This document shows, one piece after another, positions 26,526-40,265 of a DNA stretch of 64,000 nucleotides. Positions within the stretch are counted from its first letter, which is position 1. Every line of letters starts with the position of its first letter. The position numbers and the translations under genes are program-made. Source of the stretch: Antedon mediterranea (lineage: Eukaryota > Animalia > Echinodermata); assembly GCF_964355755.1 (NCBI RefSeq), contig NC_092674.1, forward strand, positions 26,350,001 to 26,414,000, read 5' to 3'. The notes beneath the pieces were generated by a model. That model worked only from the letters and a program-made list of their open reading frames with translations, was not told the origin of the DNA and did no database searches.

Positions 26526-29500
26526 ATGGAGTTGAATAAAACAATGCCATCAGCAACGGGAGGTGGTGTACCGAATGGTAAGAAGGCCAAGGAACTTGAA
26601 CTTGAAGAAGCCTACAAAAACGAAGATAACGACGAAAGAGGGAACTGGGGTGGTAAACTTGACTTCATGCTGTCGACCATCGGATTTGCTGTCGGATTGG
26701 GAAACGTTTGGCGTTTTCCATACCTTTGCTATGAAAACGGAGGAGGTAGGTGGATATGTCGGCTATGATTAGATCTAAATATCTTTCGACAAATACAAAG
26801 AACCTCTATTAACGGGCCCCTTGGGACCCTACATATAAAAAGACCACTGAATAGAGGTTGGCCGAGGTGTTAAAACATACTCATTCGTTTAACTAGAATG
26901 TGTCTCCCTTAATAGGGTTTCTCAAAGAAGGGGGTGTGCTGTCTATGTACCAAGAGTGCGTAGAGGGTTGTATATGTATACCAAGAGTGCGTAGAGGGTT
27001 GTATATGTATACCAAGAGTGCGTAGAGGGTTGTATATGTATACCAAGAGTGCGTAGAGGGTTGTACTGTATATGTATACCAAGAGTGGCTCATGGTTCCA
27101 TACTCAATAAACAATTAGGCCATTTGCAATTGTATATTTGTTAAAACATCCTGACAGATGTTTAAAGCTTTTCAATGTTAAATATTAGGCTACTTAATTG
27201 AAGTGTGCTGGTAGGAGAACAGGGAGAAGCCACTCATTACCGAAACAATCCAGATAGTCATGCGTTATAGTTGCTAAAATGTGTGTAGAGCTGAAGGAGG
27301 AATGGGGAAAATCATGTACTAGGACTACCGGGACATTTCTTATCAGGTCGGGGAGGGGGAAAGGAAGACGACAGCCTTGACTATGTCTCACAGATAAAAG
27401 CATAAACTATATTAAATGGCAACTTGGCAATGGCATTAGCAAAGCAATGTAGATAATTGCAATATAAACTAAAAACCTGCGTCCTACATGTTTCGATTAT
27501 CTATCATTTCGTATGCACGGGCCTCTATTCAAACGTAAGGTAGTATTGAGTAACTGTAGTAATCGGTATTTAAATCCATGCAAACAGTTTGCGTAAAGTT
27601 TTACCAACTATTAAGAAGCTATTTTGTATTCTAGTTTTGTTTAAACCACTTGATATTATCGCTTTAAATGATATTTAATATGCATGATATGTAATAGTTG
27701 TTTTGTTTCTTTCAAGGTGCTTTTTTAATTCCTTATTGCCTTATGTTGTTCTGTGCCGGACTTCCTTTGTTTTTCCTTGAACTCGGATTTGGACAATTTG
27801 CCGGACTTGGGTGCATTAGCATTTGGAAGATCAGCCCGATTTTCAAAGGTAATATAGGCCTTTACCAAATGGTAATGTTGCACTACTGTGTTGCTATAGC
27901 TCATGTTAGTTGGGCCATAGAGCACACTTTTATAAACATAACATGTTTTGCTTTTTCTTCTGTAACGTTTTACAAGCCAAATAATCGTTCGATCTGGAGT
28001 GTTCATTGATTTTTAGAATGATGTAAATCAATGGCACAGATTGTGTTCATAGGCAAGATACTTTACTCTCGTCCCTCGAAGGGGAGTAATGTTGCTCAGG
28101 GCTTAAATGATAAAGAACTTGGTAGGCCTACACACACACAAGTTTCGGGGAACGTCTCCCGGTCTTGCATTTCACTTCACACCACCTCTTTCTTTTCACT
28201 GCAGGTCTAGGATGGGGAATGGTAGCAATCACTGCCATGGTCTGCTGTTATTACAACATTGTTATTTCGTACACCCTGTTCTTCCTCTTTGCATCGTTTA
28301 CGTCTGAACTTCCATGGAAGTCATGTGACCACGAGTGGAATACAGAAAAATGTTTAGTTGTTAACAGTACCGGCGCTAGTGTTTACAACAGTTCTAGGGA
28401 ATGGCCAAGTCAGGAATATTGGGAGTAAGTTTATTATAAATCTGGAAAACCAACAAACGAGATATAAAATAAGCGACATGCACATAGAATCATATAGAAA
28501 TATCACAAGGTAACGATTGTCTATAGGCCTATACAGACAATCCACGTTCAAAAAATTGGCAACATTTAAATACGATGTCATACTAGTAGTAAATGCTTTA
28601 AGATTTGTTCTTACTTTGACGGAAGGGAAGGACGTAAACCAACTGTAAAATTTAATTTTCACTAGGACGCGACGTAAGTAATTCTACCAATCGCAAGTGA
28701 AGAATTATCCCAACTTTCGCTTGTCATTGCAGGTCAAATCGCTTATGTTGCTCCTACGCCACTACGTTGCCTCCAAGTTTTACGTACAGATATGACAAAC
28801 GTTGTACAGTTTCAGAGTCTTTTTCGTTCATATTGAGCTCTCGCATACACCGCGCCTTTGATCACTTTGATCACTGCTGGAATTGGCGCATTTACAAATT
28901 CGTAACATTATTATTGTAATAAAAACGCCAAACTACATTATCTGAAATTTAAAGTAAACCGTCTTTACGTACTATGAATGAGTACATATAGTTTTTTTAA
29001 ATTCACTTTAGTAATCATGTACTTCAGAAGTCTTCTGGATTGGAAGAGATGGGTAAATTGCGTTGGCAATTAGTTCTTTGTCTGCTTCTGGCTTGGGTAG
29101 TCGTCTGTGGCTGCATAATCAAAGGAGTGAAGTCATCTGGAAAGGTAACACTTATCTATATATAAATTTACGTAAGGGCAAAATTCGGTAAATCTCGCCT
29201 TACTTCTAGAATTTTTACTCGATGGTATATAAAGTTGGTTCGTACTTTCGGTACTGATTTTAACCACCTGATGTAACCCTGTTTACTAATTAAATTAAGT
29301 TAGATAATTAGTTATTGACGATTAAAACGAATTTAGCTTCAACGATTTGCCCCAAATAGGGGTGTTTTCCGATCGTGGTATACACTGTCTAATGGATGTC
29401 CATCTTGAAAAATACCCGTCACAAAAATGCGAGGAGGCTTCGCATTTTCCTATCTCCTCCTACGATAATTGTTTTTAATAGCTGAAAACCGGTTGAACAG

Positions 29501-32500
29501 CTAGAGTACACCATCATAATGTTGAAGACAGGCCGATTTTCTTTAAAAAATACTATTTTGATGGATTTAATATATGATTATACAAATGTATTGATTTGCC
29601 ATGAATGGAACATCCCAATCTCTCAGTCTGCCAGAGTTTGGTTTAACACAAGTAGGTAAATTTATGAGCCCTTGGTTTAACACATACGGTAGGTAAATAT
29701 ATGGGCCCTTTGAGAATAAACTTGCAATACTTTGACAATACTGTAAATACATATTAACTATTTTTAGTCCTCATTTGAATCGAACATGTCTTACTGTGAA
29801 TGTTCGTACTGTTAGATATGTAATATAAAAATATATAGAGATAAACTTTATTACTGAGATTGTGGATAGGATCTACTGTTAGATATACTGTATAAACACA
29901 TTATTATATACAAATAAACTTTATACTGACAGTTCCTTCCGTTTGTATTAATTAATAAATACCAATAAAATAAACGTCGTAGTGGTGTATCGTGACATGT
30001 ACTTTAATATTTCAATCGATTATGACAGTGACAGTTTTAACAAAGTATTAAATCGCAAATGTTTTACTGTATTTAGAGGTATATTATTTATAGGCCTATA
30101 AAACACGAAAACAATATTTCGTTACTGAGTGGATACAGAATATATTTAAAAATTGTTCCTCTTTGTACCTATCCGCTTTCCCATCCCTCAACCTTAATAT
30201 AAAAAACCCATACAAAACACAAATTGGGTTTCTTTAAATGAGTCCAAATCAAAAATGTTGACTCATTTTGTGATAAGTTTCTCCTTCGGAAGTAATTCCT
30301 AGGGTGCTAATTTTAGTTGACTACATAAATCATCGTGTCTATTTATTCGTTTCTGTAAACGACAATGTATTATAGTTCTGCGGTACGTACATTTGAAATC
30401 GCCAGTTTTGTGACGCTGAAATTACTGTGTATTCGAGAACCATCTGTGGGCACGACCTAGATGGTACGCGAGCGAAGCGAGCGTACCATCTAGTATACAC
30501 AATACACAATAATGCAATGTACTTAAACTAAAACTGCTGCTGACTGACCGTGAAGTAAAAGTTTTTAGCAATAATGTAATATATTTATAAAACGCTAAAA
30601 CTGCTGAGTGACCTTGAATTAAAAGCTTTTATTCTGCCATTGTATTTACATTTTTTTTTTTTAATTGACAGGTCGTTTACTTTACCGCTACATTCCCGTA
30701 CATCGTACTTGTCATCCTGTTGATACGTGGTGTCACATTGCCAGGGGCTTTAGATGGAATTCATTTTTACGTATATCCAAAGTTTCATCTACTTAAGAAT
30801 CCAAAGGTAAGCCGCTACCGTATTGTTGCTAGACAATAGCCTTTATCATTCAAAATCACAATAAGCGTCAACAAACTTACAAAGTTCACCTTTGGTGCTA
30901 TTGAAAAGTATAGGAACATGACGTCAACTCAACATGTCTTGATAAAAGACAAGATAGAGACAGACCTTGAGATTACACTATTAGGCCCCTACTTATTGTA
31001 TTTGTTTAGATTCTTGCTCCTGGGAACGATCGATTGATCGAAACGTCAAGAAATCATGATTTCTTGTCAGAACTATGGCTGGTGTAGCGCAAACTTTATA
31101 TCAACATTTTTATGCGTTAGTTCCTAACTAACTACATTCGATTTTGTTTACGCCATGTGTGGCAGAGAATGTTTATCTTACCAACATTAAGTATATACAC
31201 CATTAAACTTCAGTCCCAAACGCATGCCTGCAATTTACAAACTTTGAAACAATTATTGTAAAATCAAAAGCAAAATAAAAGAAAAAATTAATATATTTAT
31301 ACGACAGTCAGTTATTAGTATAAATTATTCAAATACAATTATCTACTTTGGTCGATGATCACTCTTCAGATTAGTTTGGCACTATTCCATGCTGCACAAT
31401 CTAAAAACGTTATATCTTAATTTCAACACTTATTGATATGATGATGAACAAATACATATATTTACAGAATTATATATGATTTTACAGGTATGGAAGGACG
31501 CTGCTGTCCAGATTTTCTATTCTCTTGGGCCTGCATGGGGTGGTCTCCATACACTCGCCAGTTACAACAAGTTCAGGAATAACTGTCACAGGTACGCTGC
31601 GCATGCTCATAATTATGTTGTGAAACCCCCCTTCATTGTAATCTTTCTTCTTCGTCCCTGGAATTGTCGTGAATTATATAAGCGCTCTTGTCATAATGCG
31701 TCTTCTAAATGGTTAAACCGGAGGCCTAAAAGCGTGGCCTAAATAATTTTTGGCCTAGATATTTTACTAGGTACCTGCATTGAGGAATTAGTTCCAACGA
31801 ATTCCGTATGGTAGTTGATTAGTTGCACTCTTAACAGATACTACTTAATAATGTCTAACAAAGCTTTGGATAAGTGGCTTATTGGAGATAATATCTTTTA
31901 ATACGTTGTGATTGTGATTACAAATTTCTATAGAAATCGAAAATGAAATATAAATGATATGGTAGGTTTTGAGCTATATATAACTATTTTTACATTATGC
32001 GAATCATAATAATTTATTTATATGGTGTTTTATTAATTTCACGAACTTGTGTAAAAACAATCAATGTTGATGAACGAGTTTTGTGTTGCCTCGTGAATGA
32101 ATACAGTTTATTTATTATAGGCCTAGGCCTATATTAAAACCATGTTCATTTACTATTTCCAGAGATGCTATCATAGTTGCGTTAACCAATTGTGGAACAA
32201 GTATATTTGCTGGTTTTGTAATCTTCTCTATCATCGGATTCATGGCTCACGATGCTGGTGTTCCTGTAGGTGACGTCGTTAAATCTGGTCCAGGCCTAGC
32301 CTTCGTAGTCTATCCAGAAGCCGTCTCCAGGATGCCAGGTGCGCCGTTCTGGTCGGTGGTGTTCTTCTTCATGTTGTTCACTCTAGGCTTAGACAGTCAG
32401 GTTTGTATTCGAACTTTATTACTTGTACTTATACCGTAGTAAGTTTAATGGAAATGGTTAGTTCAAATTAGAAGCGTGAATGCCCTTCGTGATTCCAACA

Positions 32501-35098
32501 ATATTTGCAATCTTTACCCAAAGATTAACCGATACCGATTTACTGATGTTTCCATTCCGATATCGTCCTTCCAATTGTGTGAATCATCATTTAGGTTTTT
32601 TTCAAAATGTCTTTCTATGTTTTATTAATTTCCTCTTTCCCTTCCCATCAATTCTTATTTTAAATCTCGACCTGTTCAAAACAAAACCACCACAATCTAG
32701 TTTCTTTCAAACATTGACGCTCTCCATTCCTTCTAAAATAATTAAACTGTATCTCTATTTGGTTTTTGTTTGTTTTATCTAGTTTGTAATGATGGAAACC
32801 ATTATCACTGCCATATGTGACGAGCTCAAGCACTATGTCGCTAATGTATATACTTACAAAGTAAAAACAACAATAGCGTTCTGTATTATTGGATTCTTGC
32901 TTGGGTTACCACACGTGACAGAGGTAAGAACTATGCAAACACATTTTGTGGAATTGCCAGAAAAGTTGCATAAGTTTTCATGAATGAATTTTCTCACACA
33001 CTAAGCATAATCAGTTTACACAGAGTAATTTGACCAATCACGACGCGATGGATTGTCACAACTGTAGCCTGTGATTGGTCAACTCACCTTTCCTGCTACG
33101 TTTCTTACCAAGCCAATAATATTCACATTTTGGCTATTTGCACGTTTTCATAGTAATAAGTATAACTATATAACAAAGTTTGCAATACATTTGTTTTTTT
33201 TTATTCTTTCAGGGTGGTATCTATTTGTTAACTCTAATGGATGTATATTCAGCAGGATTTTCATTATTATTTATAGCTTTACTTGAAATTATATGCGTTA
33301 TCTATGTTTATGGTATGTATCAAAATGAATAGTAGTCCTAATAAATAGTAGTCCTAATAGGGAGTTTTCCATTTATCTGGGAACTACTTACGCTAATTGT
33401 GCGTATGCGCAGACTTTGGTGTACTTCCTCATTCGAGTTGGCACCATTTTCAGACGATCTCAAACATAAGTGAGTTGACCAATCACAAGAGATGGATTAT
33501 TCTTCATTGGTCAACACGCTTAAAGCGTGGTTCCCACTAGAACGCAACGCAACGCAGCAATGTATCGACGCAGTTAGTGCTGTATTGCGTAATCACAAGT
33601 GTGAATCGACGACGCAACAGTGCTGCCAAACGTTGCGCTTACGTCATTGCGTTGCGTCCTAGTGGGAACCAATCTTAAGGTCGTCGCAAAGGGAAAACTC
33701 CTTAATTTAGCATTGTAACTAGTTGTCACTACAATATTACATGATACTTTGTTTAATAGTATTAATAACATCATTTAGGACTTAGTTGTGTTGACTTTCT
33801 GTTGAATGTAACACTCATCTTCACAATAAAACTTGATACGACAGAGGTAGAGTACTTCTGTTGTATCAAGTTCAAGTTTTATTGTTTAGTAGTTGTTTGA
33901 GTAATATAGTATAACTATGATTTACATTTTCTTTTTTATAGATTTCAGGCGATTTGTAAGAGATTTAACGTATATGCTAGAATTCGCGCCAAATATGTAT
34001 TGGATGGTCACGTGGATTATTGTTGGACCGTCAATCATAGTTGTAAGTTTTCCTATTCTTCGTCTACGTCACATGCGATGGCGATTCAAAATATAGGGCT
34101 GAGGGGAAAATCTCATATACCACTGATACGTCCACAGCCAGCTGCAGATACAAACTCATCATTAATCCATTATCTAAAATGTTTTTTCTTTTGTTTTACA
34201 GTTCATCTTTATTTTCTTCTGCATCGGATACGAGCCTCTTACATACGGGGACTATGTTTACTCTAAAGGAGCCGAAGCATTAGGATGGCTAATGGTACTT
34301 GCTGCTATTGCACCGATCATCATCTGCGCAGTACATGCCGTATGGAAACAAGAAGGAACATTATGGGAGGTAAGGACGCATCATCAGCTATATGTTATCA
34401 CCTTTTTTTGTCAAATTAGTTTGATAGTGTATACAGGGCTTTGCTACAATCTGTAGTGTTTGTAGCGCCGCCACTAGAGTGCATTTTTATTTTTTGAAAC
34501 TGCTAATTCCAGCTGAAGTAGTTATAACACGCGTGTGTGCCAAATTGCTGTCTAGAACATACCAAGTAAAATGGGGAAGATGATGGGTGTCCAAATAAAA
34601 AGGTCATTGGCCTACGTTATAATGCTAAGTTTACACTGAGCCCGGATTGGGCCGGAGAAATATCCGAAAAATACGTTTTTTATGTATAAAACCCTGAATG
34701 GGTCACTCTATTCCTAATACTACATTAATTTTCACGAAACCGAACCAGGACCTTACTTACTGTTTTAAGCAGTGGCATATCAGAAATACACGAAAGCGGT
34801 ACAGGCGTACCCACAATGAATATGTAACTAAAATGCATACTTAAACGCTCATTATTTCTGTTTTCAGAGGATTGTAAAGAGTTCAAGACCAACAGACGAC
34901 TGGGGTCCATATCACAACAAACATCGATACGCATTAGGCTACACATTACTAGAAGGCAGAGGAGACCCAGGCATGGTCGGTGGAACTTTACCGCCAGAGG
35001 TAGGCCTACACCACTTAGCCGTTCCTTATAAACTTATACCTAACAAACACAACCCTCAGCCCATACCTTACGATTTACAATTTGAAAGCAACGTTTAG
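26526..35098 (+). CDS. SLC6 Na+/Cl- dependent amino-acid transporter, glycine transporter/ATB0,+-like, ~640 aa, 12 coding exons
   Basis: Phase-consistent GT-AG exons: 26526-26745, 27717-27848, 28205-28424, 29012-29144, 30672-30806, 31488-31591, 32163-32400, 32783-32923, 33213-33312, 33942-34042, 34202-34369, 34868-35098. Motifs [81 protein letters not shown]. Ends ESNV*. The ATG directly follows an AG, so an upstream exon is likely. Confidence 0.95.
26943..27087. repeat. 31-bp tandem repeat (~4.5 copies) in SLC6 intron 1
   Basis: ccaagagtgcgtagagggttg at 26950, 26981, 27012 and 27043. Confidence 0.92.
30457..30494 (+). mobile_element. Helitron-like 3' terminus (GC-rich hairpin plus CTAG-T)
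   Basis: ctagatggtacgc-gagcgaagcga-gcgtaccatctag|t. Confidence 0.5.
33359..33703. mobile_element. Harbinger-like MITE (AAT TSD) with a nested MITE at 33524-33675 (TAA TSD)
   Basis: Outer TIRs agggagttttcc / ggaaaactcctt flanked by aat; inner agcgtggttcccactag / ctagtgggaaccaatct flanked by taa. Confidence 0.8.
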
Positions 35099-37435
35099 AG
35101 TAAAGTTGGTCCCCACTAGGAATCAAACGTAAGCGCAAGTAATTTGACCAATCACAAGCGATGGATTATTCAAACTATCTCTTGTCATTGGTCAACTCGC
35201 TTTCGTTACGCTGTGTTTTTATATTCATATAAGATGAAATAGAATTCGGTAAATCTATAGCAATCCACACACACGTTATGTCTAAATAACTATCAATAAT
35301 TGTCAATTGTCAACTCCAGCGTAATTTTATATCATTATTATTGAATATTATAAAATAATATAGCTCTGTCTTTCATGGAATTTGTAAATAATCATTACTT
35401 ATATATAATTTAAATGGTTTTTTTTTCGTGGATTACTAATAATTAGAGAAGATTTTGTATTTTATATCAAACCTGTTTTTGTATTTTGTAAATAATAAGT
35501 ATGACGTGGAATTTTTACTAAAACCTATTTCTACAGGGTATTTTCTTTTTAATTTTGCCATAATATTTTAGGTTTTTATTAACTTTTTCACACACACAAT
35601 TTATCCAATTTAGGGCCTAGGCCTACTGAGTAATATCATTAATGTTATCCTGAACACCTTTTTGTCCCGATGCTGGTCATTGTTCCAACAATCGTCAGTT
35701 ACACCAACATTAGAATGTACGCACGCGTACAATTGCATTATCAATGTGTGTACGCGCTTCATGATAATATTTGTAATTAATGATATTTTGCCTTTAAGAC
35801 TTCACAGTGTATTTATATATATATTTTTAACGGAAATTTTACTTTTTACATACAGAATTATCACATGTTATCAAATGGTGTTTAAAAAAACTTATTACGG
35901 TAATTCTCTGGTGAGTATGATGTCACCGGAAATACATCAATCTCACAAATCTAATGCACTACAGTGACTCGCTCAATAGCATGAAAAATGTCACTAATTA
36001 TTAATTTATTATTATTAATAGCTATATTATTCATTTTTTAAAGTTTAAAATGATATTGTATATTTAATTTGTTTGTTGCATAAGTTATATGAAAAAGACG
36101 CAATTTTAATTAAGCTAATTAGGAACTTGATATGTGAATACTCATTTATTACCACAAAGAGGATAAGACTAATCATCATTCATCTTTTATTGGGCTACTT
36201 CTATTTTTACTAATAATCTAATACTAATCGTAAATGACACGACGAAGAGACACCATCTGTACGCGCACGTATACAGTTTGAACACGCGCATATAAAGGTT
36301 GTACATGCGCGTAATGTAAAATCATCATTTTAGGCGCGCTTGTCAATGCTGTCTCCTCGTTGTTTCACATGACGAGAAATGGGCTAACGCTTAGCTAACT
36401 ATAATCTTATTTATATATTAAACAGGTCTTGCTTAATATTTGTAAACGTACAGTACTAAAACAACAACCGAATAGTGATGTTTTAATTTAATAACATATT
36501 TATTCAGAATGTAAAAGCATATTATTATTTATACTAATGTATTTTTGGAAATCGGATCTGATAATATGCAAAATAAAATCAATGGATGATCCACCCACCT
36601 AATGATCTATAACCTAATAAATAGATTGGTGCTAACAAAACAGCTTTTGCCATCTTTCTGTATGATAACGAATAAGCCGGTTCTTGTCATTTTATTGGAC
36701 GAATAAATGCCACGTGACATTTAGTATGTATTTATATCATGTTCATCGACTTTTACATCATGGATATATCAATCCAATTTTATAGGTTCATGGTTATACA
36801 TGGCATGAAAAAAACTATATTGCATGTTTCATAAATACATGGTTATAACGTGTCTTTTATCCAACGAAACTTTCACAAATTGAGCTCCTATTCATTGTCT
36901 AAATATATAATATAAAGTGCTCGTTTACTGTTGCCTATATGCTATATTTCTTAAACCTAAAGCGCATTGGTGTGATAATAATAAGTCTACCTCTATCCAG
37001 CAATGTCCCTCTTCCCTGCGCCATGCAACTAATACTGCCAGAAAAGACACCTTAAGCTGTCGTAATATTCTAATATTATTTTCAGTACTGAGTCATGATT
37101 GATCATGGCATCACTTACCTATAGTTAATTTTTACCATATTAGGGCCTTAATTACGTAGTTAGCTTATATAATTGTCCTTAACAATAGGTATAGATGTGT
37201 GTACAAAATAACATAATTGATTTTATACTGCAAGGCCTACAATAAAATATGACTATAATGTACGTTGTGCAATGACTTCCTTGATCCCACTTTGATACCG
37301 TTCCTCTGTTGTCTATGTCATTTATGTCTTATACGTCCAGAAATGTTTATGTGGTATACTAACTATTTATTTATTACTATAGGCCTACATTTATATATAT
37401 TGTTTGAAGGGTTGCATGCCATGGTAAAACCAAAT

Positions 37436-37690
37436 GTGATATAAAGTTTGCGGTACAAAAACAGAACTGAAAAGAACTGTTAAGTTTCTCGACGTTTCGA
37501 TCAATATACCTTTCGTCCGTCTGCGAGAATGCAGAAAGTCCAGGAAACTTATCTTCCAAGACATTTTGCATTGATCTCACTCCTTAAGAAAATCAAACTA
37601 TATTGATCGAAACGTCGAGAAAGCCAACAGGTCTTTTCAGAACTATAACTATATATATACGTGGTGTACCGCAAACTTGTCTTTATTTCA
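37436..37690. mobile_element. Inverted pair of Penelope-like terminal repeat remnants; related copy at ~31010-31105
   Basis: 'ttgatcgaaacgtcgagaaa...tcttttcag...tgtaccgcaaactt' on + (from ~37600) and on - (37436-37508); gaaacgtc follows a short stem. Confidence 0.55.
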
Positions 37691-40265
37691 ACCTCGAAAC
37701 GTTATATTTTTATGACGCGTACCGTGTGTCGATACCACGGAGTTTAGCACTCGTACAAAATAGGCAAATTGGTAATGGTTCTTTTAACTGATAATACATT
37801 TTCAATGCCTGTCGCACTTGTAGCAGTTCGTTAATTGTTGAAATGTAAAACACTGAAATACGATTATTACAGTGCTGGAAGTGCGACAGCTCATTTCATT
37901 ACAGTGCGACGGACAATTACTACACAATGAAACATGCTATTACAAATTGACATATGTTATAAATATTACGAATTGCGGCTGGTGCCACGATTTTATAACA
38001 ACGCCTGTCGCAGTGCAACTACTAACAACTTTCCTCTTCCGAACCGCATTCTGTTCAATCAATTATACTCATGGTATTTTTGTGTTTGTTGTGCATAAAT
38101 GCTTTAATATTTTTATGAAAGATTTGAAACAAAATGCAAGAAGGCCTCATCACAAAATTAAATCTTCTTAGTTCACAATTACAAATTATAACATTAACTA
38201 TACATTCAATGGTTAACTTGTGTTAATGTGTATGAGGCTTAAACAGACTAATACTGTATATAATGAATTTGTATCTATAGTTAAGTTTTTTACCGAATAT
38301 CATCCAATTTAAATAAGATTGAAATCCAGTGGTCGTTAGAGTAACTGTTTTCAATCCTAAGTTCAATCAATTGGTAAAGGATACGAGGTACAGATTTTTT
38401 TTAATAAATTTTCTATTGAAAACTGTTTTGTAATCGATTTATTTCTGGTCAGATTTAAATACACATGAATCCTCGAAGCAAGACAACCAAACCGCATCAG
38501 TGAGGGATATTTTCATTCAATCAATCATCTTGTTCGATTCTCCTCGTCTATCTAGTCATCTGTGTATTGATAATTGTAAATATTGCGTCAAGTGTTCGAT
38601 ATATACATGATATATATCCTAAGCAAATTTCTAAATAGACTAGGCCTGCGCGTAACATTATGTGCTATTGTGACGTGTACCCTCAGGCAAGAGACGCAAC
38701 ACAACGACGTAACGCAACGTAGGTGAATGATTTGACCAATGACAAGCGATGAATTTATTCGAACAGTTGCTTTTCATTGGTTAACTCGCTTGCTTTGCGT
38801 CTACGTCCTTACGCTGAGTCCTAGTGGGAACCGAGCTTCACATCCAAGATACAGGATGATAATGAAGGCCTTACTGAGATTTTGAGCCGCTGGATATTGC
38901 TAAAGTCTACATAACTACACACAGAATGATTAACTAGGATTGGTCATTTGACAAACTAACGTCGTAAACCGACAAGACATATATTGGAGTTACAGATTTA
39001 AGAAGTTTTCTTGGAACTTACATGAAGCCTTCGGTCCGATACAGCTACCGTGATTGGAATGTGGAAGTTCATTTACATTCCCAGGTTTGAAACATGGTGA
39101 CTGATGACGCTATTTGAAATATCGTTTTAATAAAAAAGAAACTTGTTGAAATGAATAAGCATAATGTTTGATGTACAGTATATTATCGTTCACCCGGAAT
39201 GAGGTAGTTTTTTTAATGTTAAATAGTGTTTCTGGTTGCATTTATAGAATTAGATAAAAATGCATTGAAGGATTGGTTAAAAGTTTATATTTGAGAACAA
39301 TTCTACTATTTAAAGTTAAAATAAAGTTGTAATGTATCTTCACAGAACAAAAAGCATCGTGCAAGAAAAAACATCTTTCTTTAGGCATCATTCTACTCCA
39401 CTCCTCGGATTAGCGTCGTATCACGTGCACTAAAAAAAAATGAATTACTCGCGAGGTGTGCACAAGAACACGATGGCCAAAAATAATATCAAAATTAAAC
39501 ATCTACAAATGTATGACAACAAAAGCTCAATACACTTCAATTATTTAAATATTTATTTATTTTATTTCTATTTTAGTATACTCTAAATAGTGAATAGACA
39601 TGAGCGTTTAAAAACTGATGAAAGCTATTTGTACACAAGCGTTACATTAATGTGGCTTTAAGCCAAAATACTTGGGATCAAATCTGCGACACAAGCAGAC
39701 GCGCGCATTTAAAAGCTGATGAACCGCTATATATACGCGCGTGTAACATGTCCTCTTGCCCAGGTTTATATTTGGAATGTATTTTTTTTCACTCGGTATT
39801 CCCTATATGGCAATACAAACTTCATATATAAATATACCAAAAAGCAACTCAATTTACAATTTACATTACTCTTAGGCCTATATAAATAAACAATATATTT
39901 AAACTCTTCAGATTTGTCAAAAATACATTTTAATTTATCTATTTACAACAATAATGTAAAGTAGGCCTACACTAAGTATATACGTTATCAGAAAATAACA
40001 CGAGTTAATGGGTTTTAGATTAGTTTTATAATCACAAAGTGTAACAAATAAACAAGACGTTGAAAAGCAAAAATGTGCTAATTAATATCAAAACAGTACG
40101 AATACTAAACACCAGACGACTGGTCCTTGCGAGGTCCTCACACTGCTCAGATGGCGAGGATTCCGAGGAGCTAGAGATCTCCTCAAAATCGATCAGTCGA
40201 GTACGCATTCCATTTCATTTTGTTTCTTCGATAACTTTTATTAAACTTTCAGTCAGTCAGTAATT

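Noticed and set aside
16010-35098. Functional link between the PDZ gene and the PDZ-binding tails of the neighbouring transporters
   Set aside because: Gene adjacency in animal genomes does not imply interaction; no other evidence.
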